From: an uncultured Nitrospiraceae bacterium
GTDB taxonomy: Bacteria; Nitrospirota; UBA9217
Length of the DNA: 64,000 nucleotides
Assembly: GCA_964412455.1 (NCBI GenBank)
Contig: CAYPOT010000009.1
Location: 5,179-69,178, forward strand
Direction of reading: 5' to 3'
Part shown: positions 26,485 through 36,241 of the stretch, piece after piece
How positions within the stretch are numbered: position 1 is the stretch's first letter
How the letters are laid out: each line of letters opens with the position of its first letter
Notes under the pieces: generated by a model
What the model was told of the DNA's origin: nothing
Databases searched by the model: none
Seen by the model: the letters and a program-made list of their open reading frames with translations, nothing else
Position numbers and translations under genes: made by a program

Positions 26485-26692
26485 ATGTCAAGGGTTTTGA
26501 GCAGTTTAATTCTCGGTCCGAGTGCAGCATAAAGGCTGGCGCGGCAGTCATGTGAAGCTGATGAAACCGGGTAATCCCGTCATTTTGTCGATCCCCCTGC
26601 ACAAGGGGAAACCGGTCAAGAAAGGCTTGCTGGTTGCTCAGGTCAAGAAGGCGGGGATGACGGTGGAGGAGTTCTTAAAATTGTACAAATAA
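26485..26692 (+). pseudogene. Degenerate HicA-like toxin (frameshifted, with internal stops)
   Basis: Frame 1 MSRVLSSLILGPSAA* (stop 26530). Frame 2 continues ...GWRGSHVKLMKPGNPVILSIPLHKGKPVKKGLLVAQVKKAGMTVEEFLKLYK*, the HicA GSH..KL...P.H.GK...GtL..I.KqAG signature, with TGA/TAA just upstream in that frame. Confidence 0.55.
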
Positions 26693-26734
26693 GCAATATG
26701 GTATCCAGTAAGATGTTGAAAATGAGTAGGCAAT

Positions 26735-27682
26735 TTGTTGATGACAGTTGGATTCTTACGAGCGAATGAAAATATGCCGATAGTAACTGATTCTAGACTG
26801 AACTCTGAAGCAGATATTAAATTCGAGACGTATCGCGGTTACCTCGATGCTGTCAGAAGGCACATATATCAAACATACGGATCTTGGAAGCACTTCGGAC
26901 GGACCTGCATTGATCAAACGCTACATATGCAAGGGATAGGTGTCTTTGATCAACCCTGGGTAGAACGGTTTCTCAAAATAGCATGGAATACTGAATTCAT
27001 TTTGTCTGACGGAGCCAAAGATGTAGAATTGGTCCGCATCAATAATCAGTGGTCACCGATTCAGGCGTATTATGCAATATATGCATGCGGGGAAGCCTTG
27101 GCCTATGTTCTTGACGGAAATAAAGCAGACGGCCATCAGAAAACTCTAACGAAGCTGACAGATTATTTTGAAAAAAACAGTCTCTCACCATGGAATCTAT
27201 CCTACGAGGGGCCACGAGGAAGGACTTGCCAGGACCACAAGCCTCATAATTTTTCTGCTGACATAAGAATACCGCATAACTTGCAGAGAAGCGACGTGAC
27301 ACCGCAGGAGTTGATTGCAAAGTGCCTTAAGGCAGAGCATGCCAACCGTGTTGATGATACATGGCAAAAAAGAAGGTGTCAGTTCAAATACAACTTCGAC
27401 CCGGGTCGGACCAGCCTATTGCACTTCATGTATAGACTCCGGATCAAATCCAACTACAAAGAGATTGATCTTTTCGTATCGCAGGCCCCGGCAGCTAAGA
27501 TCCTCAATTTCAACACATCTTTACAGTATATTTGTTTTTATACGCTTCTGTATATGGAGGTCGCGCTGGCCAGAAAATGTAAAAAGAGTTTTCTTCTTGC
27601 TCTGGGGGATAAGTATTTGACTGTGAATCCAAGAGCGCATAAATTAAAGCGTCGACTGGAATTCTATAATTCCCAGATATAA
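26735..27682 (+). CDS. Hypothetical protein (315 aa), accessory region
   Basis: No confident motif. Lower GC than the core. Immediately upstream of the nuclease-helicase gene. Confidence 0.4.
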   Translation: MLMTVGFLRANENMPIVTDSRLNSEADIKFETYRGYLDAVRRHIYQTYGSWKHFGRTCIDQTLHMQGIGVFDQPWVERFLKIAWNTEFILSDGAKDVELVRINNQWSPIQAYYAIYACGEALAYVLDGNKADGHQKTLTKLTDYFEKNSLSPWNLSYEGPRGRTCQDHKPHNFSADIRIPHNLQRSDVTPQELIAKCLKAEHANRVDDTWQKRRCQFKYNFDPGRTSLLHFMYRLRIKSNYKEIDLFVSQAPAAKILNFNTSLQYICFYTLLYMEVALARKCKKSFLLALGDKYLTVNPRAHKLKRRLEFYNSQI

Positions 27683-27722
27683 ATCTACCCGAGGTCAACG
27701 TCCTTCAAAGAGCACATTAACC

Positions 27723-30569
27723 ATGTCAAAGATGGACATCGCACGGAGCATTTCCGCATGTAACTGCTGGCAGGACTTCAAAGAAGCAATGCAGCCCTTG
27801 TCGAAGAAGGAAAAGGGTGACTGCTTTGAAGAACTGACCAAACAGTATTTGCTTATCGAGCCGAAGTATCAGACCCAGTTGCGTCACGTTTGGCGGCTCG
27901 AAGAAGTACCATCGAAGACCAGAAAGCATCTCAATCTCCCCGATTTAGATGAAGGGACCGACCTTGTAGCAGAAACAGTAGATGGAGGTTATTGGGCGAT
28001 CCAATCCAAGTATCGTGAAGACGAAACAACCTCCCTCACTCGCCGCGAACTCAGCACATTCACCGACCTGGCTTTCTCCATCTGTAAGAACATCGAACTT
28101 GGCCTGATATGTACCACCGCGGACCGCTTCAGCCACAAGCTGCGGCTTCATGGAGAGCGGCTCTCCTTCTGTGCCGGCGATGTCTGGTCAGCTCTTGATA
28201 AAGAGTTTTTCGGTCGTCTGCACGCTGTCCTTAAAGGCAGGGAAGTAAAGCTACGCCCCAAACATCCACGGGACCATCAAAAAAGCGCCATTCAGAACGC
28301 CTTTGATCATTTCATCCAGAATGGCAATGACCGCGGCAAGCTGATCATGCCATGCGGAACTGGGAAAAGTCTGGCCGCATACTGGATAGCCGAAAAACTG
28401 AACGCCCATTCGATCCTCATTGCGGTCCCGAGCCTTTCCCTTATCAAACAGACTCTGGAGGTCTGGGCGCGGGAATCGGTTGCTAATGGTCGGGCCATTC
28501 ACTGGATGGCTGTCTGCAGCGATGAAACCGTCGCGAAAAGCGAGAAAAAGGATATTGCAGTGCTGACCCAGGATCTTGGCGTCCTTGTGCATACAGACCC
28601 GGTGGAGATAGCCGACTGGCTCAGGAAAAAGGAGAAGGGAACGACGGTCGTATTCAGCACGTACCAAAGCGGAAAGGCCATAGCCGAAGCGGCCAAGATA
28701 GCGAAAGTCACCTTTGACATCGCGATCCTCGATGAAGCGCATAAAACAGTAGGCAAAAAGCAGGGATTGTTCAGTTATCTTCTGCATGATGAGAATATCC
28801 CGATCCGGAAGCGGATATTCATGACTGCGACTGAAAGGCGCTACCGGGGGCAGAGCGACGACATTGTCAGTATGGATGACATATCCCTGTACGGAGAGAC
28901 CTTTGAGCTGCTGAGTTTTAAGAGAGCGCTCGAATACAAAGAACCTATCCTGAGCGATTATAAGATCGTGACCGTAGCCGTTTCGCGACAAGAGATAGCC
29001 GACATGGTTAAGCGCAATGTCTTCGTAAGGCCGGACAAGGGTGAATGGGACGAGGATGTTGAAGCGGAATCGCTTGCGGCTCTGGTTGCCCTGCGAAAGG
29101 CCATGAACTCATATCCCATCCGTCACGCAATCTCCTACCACAGCAGTATTGCCCGCGCAAAGATGTTTAAAACAAATCAAGAGCAGTTCTCAGATACATT
29201 TTCTGAATATAACCGTATAAACACCTACCATGTTTCCGGAAAAACGCCCACTGCAGTCCGTGCCCGAGAGATCAGAGATTTTGCAAGCGCAGACCGCGCA
29301 CTTATAACGAATGCTCGTTGTATGGTCGAGGGAGTGGATATTCCTAATGTTGACTGTGTTCTTTTTGCCGATCCGAAGAACAGTATAGTGGATATTGTGC
29401 AAGCGGTTGGGCGTGCATTGAGACCGGCAATAGGAAAAGACTATGGCTATGTGATTGTTCCTGTCCTTCTGGAAAGAAACGACGGTACGGATGTATCAAT
29501 GCCCCAGAGCGCATACGCTACGATCATCACAGTCCTGCGAGCGCTGGCCGAGAATGACGAGAGGATTATAGAATATTTCAGAGGGATTTCGCAGGGAGCA
29601 CGGCGCGAGGGCAAGGAAAATGTATTTGAGATCAACATTCCAGAAAGTTTGCATATCAACCTGCCGGATTTCGTCCAATCTGTAGAACTTCAAGTCTGGT
29701 CTCGCATTGCACGTCTGGCATGGCGGCCGTTTGAAGAGGCCCGCGCTTTCGCCCGGTCGTTGGCACTAAGAAACCAAGATGATTGGAAATCCTATTATAA
29801 AGGCTACTTGTCACGCATGTATAAAAAGCCAGTGGATATTCCTGCAGCTCCCAATGAAGTGTATAAGTACAATGGCTGGAAGAGTTGGGTAGACTGGTTA
29901 TGGATAGAAGGCCTCGCGCCAAGTGATTATGCATGGCGGTCGTTTGAAGATGCCCGTGCTTTTGTACATTCATTGGGGCTCAGAGGTATAAATGACTGGA
30001 GGCTTTATTGTACGGATAAGCTGCCAGATAAAGGTAGTAAACCAGCGGACATACACGCAGACCCATATAAAGTATATAAAGACAAGGGCTGGAAGAATTG
30101 GGGGGATTGGCTAGGGCTTGGCGCGGGAACTATTGAACCCAGAAAACAATTATATCGGTCGTTTGAAGAAGCTCGTTCTTTTGTGCGATCGTTGGGGCTC
30201 TCTGGCCAAACGGAATGGACTCTCTACTGTAAAGGTCAATTGCCCGGCAGGGATAAGAAGCCGGATGATATACACTCTAATCCCTATAATACTTATAATA
30301 ACATATGCTGGAAGAGCTGGGATGACTGGCTTGGAACGGAAACCATAGCACCACAAAATCGAGTATTTCGGCTTTTTGAGGAAGCCCGCACTTTTGCGCG
30401 TTCGTTGGGGCTTCCAAGCGAAAAAGAATGGCGTCTCTACTGTAAGGGTGAGTTACCTGGTAAGGGAAAGAAACCTGATGACATACCGTCTGCTCCATGG
30501 TTAACTTATAAGGACGATGGCTGGAAGAGTTGGGGTGACTGGCTTGGAACTAGACGCGTTAAGAAGTAA
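27723..30569 (+). CDS. Mrr-like restriction endonuclease domain + SF2 (DEAH) helicase + four C-terminal ~70-aa tandem repeats
   Basis: DLVAETVDGGYWAIQSKY (Mrr_cat-like PD-(D/E)xK), Walker A MPCGTGKSLAAYW, DEAHK. C-terminal repeats share the pattern RSFEEARAFVRSLGL..EW.LYCKG.LPGK.KKPDDIPS.PY..YKD.GWKSWGDWLG. Confidence 0.65.
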   Translation: MSKMDIARSISACNCWQDFKEAMQPLSKKEKGDCFEELTKQYLLIEPKYQTQLRHVWRLEEVPSKTRKHLNLPDLDEGTDLVAETVDGGYWAIQSKYREDETTSLTRRELSTFTDLAFSICKNIELGLICTTADRFSHKLRLHGERLSFCAGDVWSALDKEFFGRLHAVLKGREVKLRPKHPRDHQKSAIQNAFDHFIQNGNDRGKLIMPCGTGKSLAAYWIAEKLNAHSILIAVPSLSLIKQTLEVWARESVANGRAIHWMAVCSDETVAKSEKKDIAVLTQDLGVLVHTDPVEIADWLRKKEKGTTVVFSTYQSGKAIAEAAKIAKVTFDIAILDEAHKTVGKKQGLFSYLLHDENIPIRKRIFMTATERRYRGQSDDIVSMDDISLYGETFELLSFKRALEYKEPILSDYKIVTVAVSRQEIADMVKRNVFVRPDKGEWDEDVEAESLAALVALRKAMNSYPIRHAISYHSSIARAKMFKTNQEQFSDTFSEYNRINTYHVSGKTPTAVRAREIRDFASADRALITNARCMVEGVDIPNVDCVLFADPKNSIVDIVQAVGRALRPAIGKDYGYVIVPVLLERNDGTDVSMPQSAYATIITVLRALAENDERIIEYFRGISQGARREGKENVFEINIPESLHINLPDFVQSVELQVWSRIARLAWRPFEEARAFARSLALRNQDDWKSYYKGYLSRMYKKPVDIPAAPNEVYKYNGWKSWVDWLWIEGLAPSDYAWRSFEDARAFVHSLGLRGINDWRLYCTDKLPDKGSKPADIHADPYKVYKDKGWKNWGDWLGLGAGTIEPRKQLYRSFEEARSFVRSLGLSGQTEWTLYCKGQLPGRDKKPDDIHSNPYNTYNNICWKSWDDWLGTETIAPQNRVFRLFEEARTFARSLGLPSEKEWRLYCKGELPGKGKKPDDIPSAPWLTYKDDGWKSWGDWLGTRRVKK

Positions 30570-30607
30570 TAGTAATATCAATAGACGAAAGGTTAAACAG
30601 ATACGAA

Positions 30608-31408
30608 ATGAAAATCGAAGGTAATGGGTTTTTGACCACTCTTTTGCCAGACATATCGCAGACGGTTCCCGGCGTCAATAAGGCTTTATTTTGCTTACTG
30701 CAAGATGTCATCAATTATGCAGAGAGCCTAAAAGAATCATTGCAGGTCGCCAAACAGGAAACAGATCAAGAAAAGCAGAAAATTATCGCGACAGTTACTT
30801 ACATTCGACTTTTAGAAGTCGTTGAAGCGGCGTTCATCCTTTCCGCTTATGGAATTAGAGAAGAGTTGCAGTCGCTATTTCGCATATTCTTAGACGCTTA
30901 TTTTGTGCATGCCAACTGCTGTAGCAGCCCAGAATTTATCCCTGCCTATATTCTTAGTGACGAACAGTCACGTCTTAAAATGCTTAATGTGGCGACGAAG
31001 TATGATAGCGAGATGTTCAAAGCGACAAAAGAATATGCAACAGCCGAATTGAAAAACCAACTTGAAAACAAGATACGCGAGGAAAAAATTGAAGCATTCA
31101 ACTCGTACCTCTATGCGAAAAATGTTAATTGCGAACAAATATACGATTCTCTATACAGGCTGATGAGCGCCTCAGTGCATACAACTCCCAGATGTTTAAG
31201 CAATTATATAGAAACTGACGAACATGGGGTCATATTGCAAGTCTTGCATGGCTCTAGGCCGGAAGACACCAACCACGCATTGTTTGATATGTCGTGGTTT
31301 TTCTTAAAGGCTATACGCGGGATCTGTGAATTGTTCCAGCTCCCCATGGGGACGTTAGATTGTTTTGACAAACGGATAAAGGAATATGAAACCGAAAGAA
31401 AAGATTGA
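30608..31408 (+). CDS. Hypothetical protein (266 aa), downstream of the nuclease-helicase
   Basis: 39-nt gap after the helicase stop; no recognisable motif. Confidence 0.4.
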   Translation: MKIEGNGFLTTLLPDISQTVPGVNKALFCLLQDVINYAESLKESLQVAKQETDQEKQKIIATVTYIRLLEVVEAAFILSAYGIREELQSLFRIFLDAYFVHANCCSSPEFIPAYILSDEQSRLKMLNVATKYDSEMFKATKEYATAELKNQLENKIREEKIEAFNSYLYAKNVNCEQIYDSLYRLMSASVHTTPRCLSNYIETDEHGVILQVLHGSRPEDTNHALFDMSWFFLKAIRGICELFQLPMGTLDCFDKRIKEYETERKD

Positions 31409-31578
31409 GAATGAGAGTCGAATATTGAATGTAATTTCGTTCATGGTCAGCCGAAAATTAGGCGCGAACGGATCCTGTATTTATTGATTCATGATGCGGA
31501 CTGAAAGCACTTATACTGAACTAAAAATAAGCGGCAGGCCATCTGGCCTGCCTTTGTCGTCTTCCGCATGCGCATCGC

Positions 31579-31827
31579 TCAATGCACCGAGCACGATATG
31601 CAAAGGTCGTAGGAGCGCACGAGCATCTGGGCGAGGAGCTCGATGTCCCGGTCCTTTTTCCCTTCCCGGGCATACTGCTCGGCAAGCGCCATCAGGTCGT
31701 GCTGAATATTGGCATGGTTCTGGCTCGTGGGGATCACGCAGTCGCTCTTGACGATCCCGCCTTCCTTGTCGAACTCGTAGCAATGATATAAGATCCCCCG
31801 GAGTATGCCTTGATTCTCGTATTGCAA
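31579..31827 (-). pseudogene. Displaced 3' fragment of the [NiFe] hydrogenase large-subunit gene (last ~75 codons plus terminator)
   Basis: Encodes ...GILYHCYEFDKEGGIVKSDCVIPTSQNHANIQHDLMALAEQYAREGKKDRDIELLAQMLVRSYDLCISCSVH, ~90% nt identical to hydA 32775-33000. The direct repeat spans ~31500-31800 vs ~32702-33003. Confidence 0.8.
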
Positions 31828-31943
31828 ATTTGCCGCTAATCGGCTAAATTTCTGCCATGTTCTGAATCTACGTGTGTCATTTCAACTCTGGAAACTGAAA
31901 TTATTGATAGATGCGTAAAAATGAAATGGGGTGAATCGACGTC

Positions 31944-32276
31944 ATGATCAACCGATCAATTCTGGTAGTCAGGGCGAAAGAGCCGTTCGTGCAATGGATC
32001 AACTCCCTTCCCGATCCTGCTGGAGTCTCCCGGAAGCAGGTCGATCTCGATAATACAGCCTATCTTCTGCCGGAATACGCGTATGACGAAGAAAAAGAGG
32101 AGCTTCTCGCTCAGTTCTTCGATCTGATCTTTCAGGAACAATTGAGCGGCTGGTGGACTGATGAGAGTGGCTGGCCGCAGAAGCGGGACATTGCCATGTT
32201 CAACAAGTGGTTCGAAGTAGATTTTCATTCGGCAGTGCTCGATCTTGTTGATACGCCGCTGGAAGAGGACGAATAG
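31944..32276 (+). CDS. Hypothetical acidic protein (110 aa) within the hydA-3' duplicated insert
   Basis: No recognised motif. Paired with the downstream wHTH gene. Confidence 0.4.
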   Translation: MINRSILVVRAKEPFVQWINSLPDPAGVSRKQVDLDNTAYLLPEYAYDEEKEELLAQFFDLIFQEQLSGWWTDESGWPQKRDIAMFNKWFEVDFHSAVLDLVDTPLEEDE

Positions 32277-32315
32277 CGGTTAGTCAGTCCCGCTTGCTAC
32301 TGAGAGAGGTGAGTT

Positions 32316-32690
32316 ATGAAAGTGAAAAAGATCAACATAGGCATCAAAGATCTAGCGGAAAGCTTGAAGGATTTTGCCGCGACGTGGAAAAAGTCGGAAT
32401 CCGGCAAGAAGACGAGGAAAGAGGAGGGCATTTACTTTGACTCCATCGATTCGATGCGGTCTGTGTTGACGAACAACCGGCTGCTTATCCTGAAAACGAT
32501 CCGGGACCGCAATCCGGGCTCCGTCTACGAGTTGGCAAAAATACTGGAACGGGACCTAAAAAACGTTAACCAGGACCTGAAGCTCCTAGCCGACATCGGC
32601 CTGGTTACTCTGGTGAAGACGGACGCCGATAAGAAGCGTGTTGTGCCCCATGTTGATTACGGTAAGATCATGCTTGAAATACCGGTGTAA
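32316..32690 (+). CDS. Winged-helix DNA-binding protein (MarR/ArsR-like)
   Basis: NRLLILKTIRDRNPGSVYELAKILERDLKNVNQDLKLLADIGLV wHTH. Confidence 0.45.
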   Translation: MKVKKINIGIKDLAESLKDFAATWKKSESGKKTRKEEGIYFDSIDSMRSVLTNNRLLILKTIRDRNPGSVYELAKILERDLKNVNQDLKLLADIGLVTLVKTDADKKRVVPHVDYGKIMLEIPV

Positions 32691-32719
32691 TGACTTTCAT
32701 GGAAGCACTCATACTGAAC

Positions 32720-32750
32720 TAAAAAAGAGGCAGGCCATGTGGCCTGCCTC
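32720..32750 (-). terminator. Rho-independent terminator of hydA (minus strand)
   Basis: gaggcaggccacatggcctgcctc hairpin followed by a T-run on the minus strand. A degenerate copy at 31527-31556 lies in the duplicated fragment. Confidence 0.6.
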
Positions 32751-32774
32751 TTCTGTTCATGTGATGTTTGACGC

Positions 32775-34049
32775 TCAATGCACAGAACATGATATGCAGG
32801 GGTCGTAGGACCTGACAAGCATCTGGGCGAGGAGTTCGATGTCCCTGTCCTTCTTGCCTTCCCGGGCATACTGCTCCGCCAGCGCCATCAGATCGTGCTG
32901 GATGTTGGCGTGGTTCTGGCTCGTGGGGATCACGCAGTCGCTTTTGACGATCCTGCCTTCCTTGTCGAACTCGTAGTAATGATATAAGATGCCCCGCGGT
33001 ACTTCTACCGCTCCGACGCCGATCCCTTCCCGCGGCACCACCTTCTGTCGTGGCTCCTGCCATGCCCCATCCAACATTCCGTTGATCAGGTCGATCGAGT
33101 CCATCACCACATGCACGCATTCCACTAACTGGGCGACATTGTTCATGAAGGGATTGTGGTTCACCGGCTTGAGCCCGAAGCTTAGGGAGAGCTCTTTCGC
33201 GGCAGGATGCAGGAAGGCGAAGTTGTTGTTCAGGCGGGCGAGCGCGCCGACTGCCAGCGACGACCGCGAGAGCTTGCTCCACTTGGACGTGGACTGTCCG
33301 ACCATATACTCGTTCGTCATCAACCGGTACTCGTGCTCTTTCCTGACCACGCCGTCCGTCGAGACCAGGTCTCCGCCGATGAAAGGATAACTCCCCTTGC
33401 CCTTGAGCGAAACGAATTCGGTCTCCCGCTTGAAGTCAGGAACAACAAATTGCCGGAACAGGTCCGCGGTGAGGGTGAGGTCATCCACGACATCCTGCAG
33501 GCGGTACTTGAACTTCACCAGTTCATTTTTTTCCGGCAGCATGGTGAACCCGCCGATCACGGTCCGCGTGGGATGCATCCTCCGGCCGCCGACGCAGTCG
33601 CACATATCGTTCGCGAGCAGCTTGATCTTGGCCGCGCGTTTTATTACATCGGGATGGGAATCGATGAGCGGGAACACGCTTCCGACGTTCAGGAAGTCCG
33701 GGGCAGCCAGGAAATACAGGTGCAGGATATGGCTCTGGAGCGTTTCCATGTGCTTCAGCAGGAGCCGCAGTTTCCCCGTTTGCTCCGTGGGAACGATGCC
33801 GAAGGCGTTCTCGACCGCCCGGATGCTGGCCAGCGTATGGCCGATGGAGCAGATGCCGCAGATCCTGCCGCAGATCCAGGGAGCGTTCTCCCATTTCTTC
33901 CCGACCAGCATCGCCTCGAAGAAGCGCGGCGTCTCCACGACCTCCCAGGTCGCGTCTTCGACCTTTCCGTCTTTGATGGAGATCTTGATGTTGCCGTGGC
34001 CTTCCACCCGGGTGAGGTGGCGTATGTCGATGGACTGCGATAGCTTCAT
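32775..34049 (-). CDS. hydA: [NiFe] hydrogenase large (alpha) subunit, group 3-type (sulfhydrogenase/Mvh-like)
   Basis: N-terminal RICGICSIGH and C-terminal DPCISCSVH Ni-binding cysteine pairs. Cys, not Sec, is used. Confidence 0.85.
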   Translation of the reverse strand: MKLSQSIDIRHLTRVEGHGNIKISIKDGKVEDATWEVVETPRFFEAMLVGKKWENAPWICGRICGICSIGHTLASIRAVENAFGIVPTEQTGKLRLLLKHMETLQSHILHLYFLAAPDFLNVGSVFPLIDSHPDVIKRAAKIKLLANDMCDCVGGRRMHPTRTVIGGFTMLPEKNELVKFKYRLQDVVDDLTLTADLFRQFVVPDFKRETEFVSLKGKGSYPFIGGDLVSTDGVVRKEHEYRLMTNEYMVGQSTSKWSKLSRSSLAVGALARLNNNFAFLHPAAKELSLSFGLKPVNHNPFMNNVAQLVECVHVVMDSIDLINGMLDGAWQEPRQKVVPREGIGVGAVEVPRGILYHYYEFDKEGRIVKSDCVIPTSQNHANIQHDLMALAEQYAREGKKDRDIELLAQMLVRSYDPCISCSVH

Positions 34050-34148
34050 TGCTGCCTCTCGGTTGTACGTATATCGTCAGATCTATTTACTGAATATCAT
34101 GCATTGCGGATTTCGGATTCCGGAATGAAGACCGTTCATACCGTTGTC

Positions 34149-34213
34149 GTAGGGGCAACCCTATGTGGTTGCCCTCATTCGGCGTTCGGGCGGCCACGCA
34201 GGGCCGCCCCTAC
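34149..34213. repeat. REP-A repeat, copy 3, overlapping the 3' end of hydD
   Basis: gtaggggcaaccctatgtggttgccctcattcggcgttcgggcggccacgcagggccgcccctac. The last ~13 codons of hydD (...VGAALRGRPNAE*) are encoded by the repeat. Confidence 0.8.
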
Positions 34214-35017
34214 TGTCTTCCGCATTTCCGAAGCGTGCCCCGCGAACCCGCCGAAGCACTCCAGCCGGTCGAGCATGGTCTCCTCGGAGAACCCGTACTT
34301 CTTCATGATCTCTTGCATCTGCTCCACATTGGCGTCCACGGTCGGGCCGCGGCAGCCCCAGCAGCCGAAGCGGCTGTTCGGGCACCAGGAGTCGCACCCG
34401 CCGCGGGTGATGGGGCCGAGACAGGGTTCGCCCAGGTCGAAGAGGCAGGTATTCTCGTTCGCCTTGCATTCCATGCAGACGGGATACTTGGGCTGGACGA
34501 TGGACTTGCCGAGCACTACGTTCGTGACGATCTTCTCGACCTCTTCCTTCTTCACCGGGCAGCCGAAGATCTGGAGATCCACTTTCACGAAGTCCTCGAG
34601 CGGCCTTGCGGTGTCGTTGGTCTCGATGGGGTGGGCGCCGTACACCTCTTTTTTCACCCAGGCGGGGTCCTTGAAGCGGTTCTTGAGCTGGTTCACGCCG
34701 CCGAAGCAGGCACAGGACCCGAAGGCTACGAGTACCTTGGCCCTTTCCCGTATTGTCTTCAGCCGCTCGATCTCGTCGGCGCGGGTGACGCTCCCCTCCA
34801 CAAAGGCGATCGCGTAGTCGTCTTTCTCCTCGGTCATGGCCTCACGGAATGTCCGCACGTCGACGAGGGAAAGAAAGTCGAGAAGCGTGGCTTCGTTGTT
34901 CACGAGCTGGAGCTGGCAGCCCTCGCAGGACGAGAGCTCGAAGAAAGCGACCTTCGGACGGGGGATGGGAATGCCGAGATAGGTCCGTTGTGTCGGTTCG
35001 CTCTTATTCACGATCAT
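34175..35017 (-). CDS. hydD: [NiFe] hydrogenase small (delta) subunit
   Basis: FELSSCEGCQ N-terminal cluster-binding motif and further Cys clusters. Confidence 0.8.
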   Translation of the reverse strand: MIVNKSEPTQRTYLGIPIPRPKVAFFELSSCEGCQLQLVNNEATLLDFLSLVDVRTFREAMTEEKDDYAIAFVEGSVTRADEIERLKTIRERAKVLVAFGSCACFGGVNQLKNRFKDPAWVKKEVYGAHPIETNDTARPLEDFVKVDLQIFGCPVKKEEVEKIVTNVVLGKSIVQPKYPVCMECKANENTCLFDLGEPCLGPITRGGCDSWCPNSRFGCWGCRGPTVDANVEQMQEIMKKYGFSEETMLDRLECFGGFAGHASEMRKTVGAALRGRPNAE

Positions 35018-35334
35018 CGCTCCTATAAAGCGGCACTATGAGCTTCAGATTTTCTCCAAGAAGCTGTGAATCAAGTCTTTGACACTGACCAACAGTAGGC
35101 GCTTCTAAGCGAGACCCTGAGAACGGCTATGATAACTGCGGATACAGCAAGAACTCTAAATATTTTATTTGAGAGTATTACAGAAAAAAGATCCGATGCC
35201 AGCGGGCACTATGCCTCATCCTGTTGATCCTGCAATCTTGTCTAATCCTGCTTCTTCAGGATTTTCATCCGCTTCTTCTGTGTCAAAGGTTCAATCTGTG
35301 TCCTCAGTGTCCAAAAAACGCAGTTCTGGTTGTA

Positions 35335-36240
35335 TCAAATGGCCTCTTTCAGGTTCAACACGCTCCAGTAATCGAACACCGGACCGGACAGACAGGTATA
35401 GGTCGAACCCACGTTGCAGCGGCAGCACTTGCCCATGCCGCAGTGCATTCTCCGTTCGAGGGAAACGAACATCTTTTGCATGGGGATGCCGAGCTCAGCG
35501 AGCAACGTGCAGACCGATTTGAACATGATCGGCGGGCCGCAGACGATGGCGAACGTATTGTCGATGAACGAGGCGGAGCGGTCCTTGCTGATGTCCCCGA
35601 GGACCCTGGTGGTGAACCCGACCGGGCCGGTCCACGCCGCGTCCGCCTTCTCGACAATGACATGAAGGTCGATGTCGTCTTTTTTCCACATCTCATACTG
35701 GTATTTGAACAGGAGTTTCGCCGGGTTCTTGGTGCCGTACACAATGTCCACGTGGTCGAACATGCTCCGGTGTTCCTGCACATGGGCAATGGGCGAACGC
35801 AATGGCACCAGTCCGAGCCCCCCGGCGATCAGCAGGATGTTCCCGCCGTGCATGCGCTCCATGGGGAAGCTGGTGCCGAAGGGGCCGCGGATGCCCACGC
35901 GCGTTCCCCGCTGGGCGCGCGCGAGGACACCGGTGAGATTTCCCACCACGCGGATGCAGAGCTCGATGTCCTCGTGGTTGCTCGACGAGGACGAGATGGA
36001 GAACGGCGCCTCGCCCACCCCGGGGATCTCGAGCATGATGAACTGGCCCGGACTGAAGGAAAAGTGCTTCCGGTCCTCGGCGTCCATGATCCGGACCCGG
36101 TAGAGGTTTTCCTGCTCCGTCAGGGCGTATACGCTGGTGATCTCGGCCTTGTAGGTGAACTCGAAGCTGTCGAGGTCGCCCTTCCGGTGGAACTTGTGGC
36201 GGTGCGGGGTCACGCTATGGAACGCGAGACGGTGGTCCAT
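35335..36240 (-). CDS. hydG: Hydrogenase gamma subunit: FAD/NAD(P)-binding oxidoreductase with C-terminal [2Fe-2S] (HydG/AsrB-like)
   Basis: Ferredoxin-reductase-type fold ([25 protein letters not shown]) and [11 protein letters not shown] cluster motif. Confidence 0.75.
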   Translation of the reverse strand: MDHRLAFHSVTPHRHKFHRKGDLDSFEFTYKAEITSVYALTEQENLYRVRIMDAEDRKHFSFSPGQFIMLEIPGVGEAPFSISSSSSNHEDIELCIRVVGNLTGVLARAQRGTRVGIRGPFGTSFPMERMHGGNILLIAGGLGLVPLRSPIAHVQEHRSMFDHVDIVYGTKNPAKLLFKYQYEMWKKDDIDLHVIVEKADAAWTGPVGFTTRVLGDISKDRSASFIDNTFAIVCGPPIMFKSVCTLLAELGIPMQKMFVSLERRMHCGMGKCCRCNVGSTYTCLSGPVFDYWSVLNLKEAI

Positions 36241-36241
36241 A

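Noticed and set aside
32775-32800. Selenocysteine in the hydrogenase large subunit C-terminus
   Set aside because: The C-terminal motif reads DPCISCSVH with ordinary Cys codons and no in-frame TGA.
35169-35522. Plus-strand 117-aa ORF in the hydG-hydD gap
   Set aside because: Ser/Pro-rich low-complexity translation partly antisense to hydG, with no RBS. It is unlikely to be coding.
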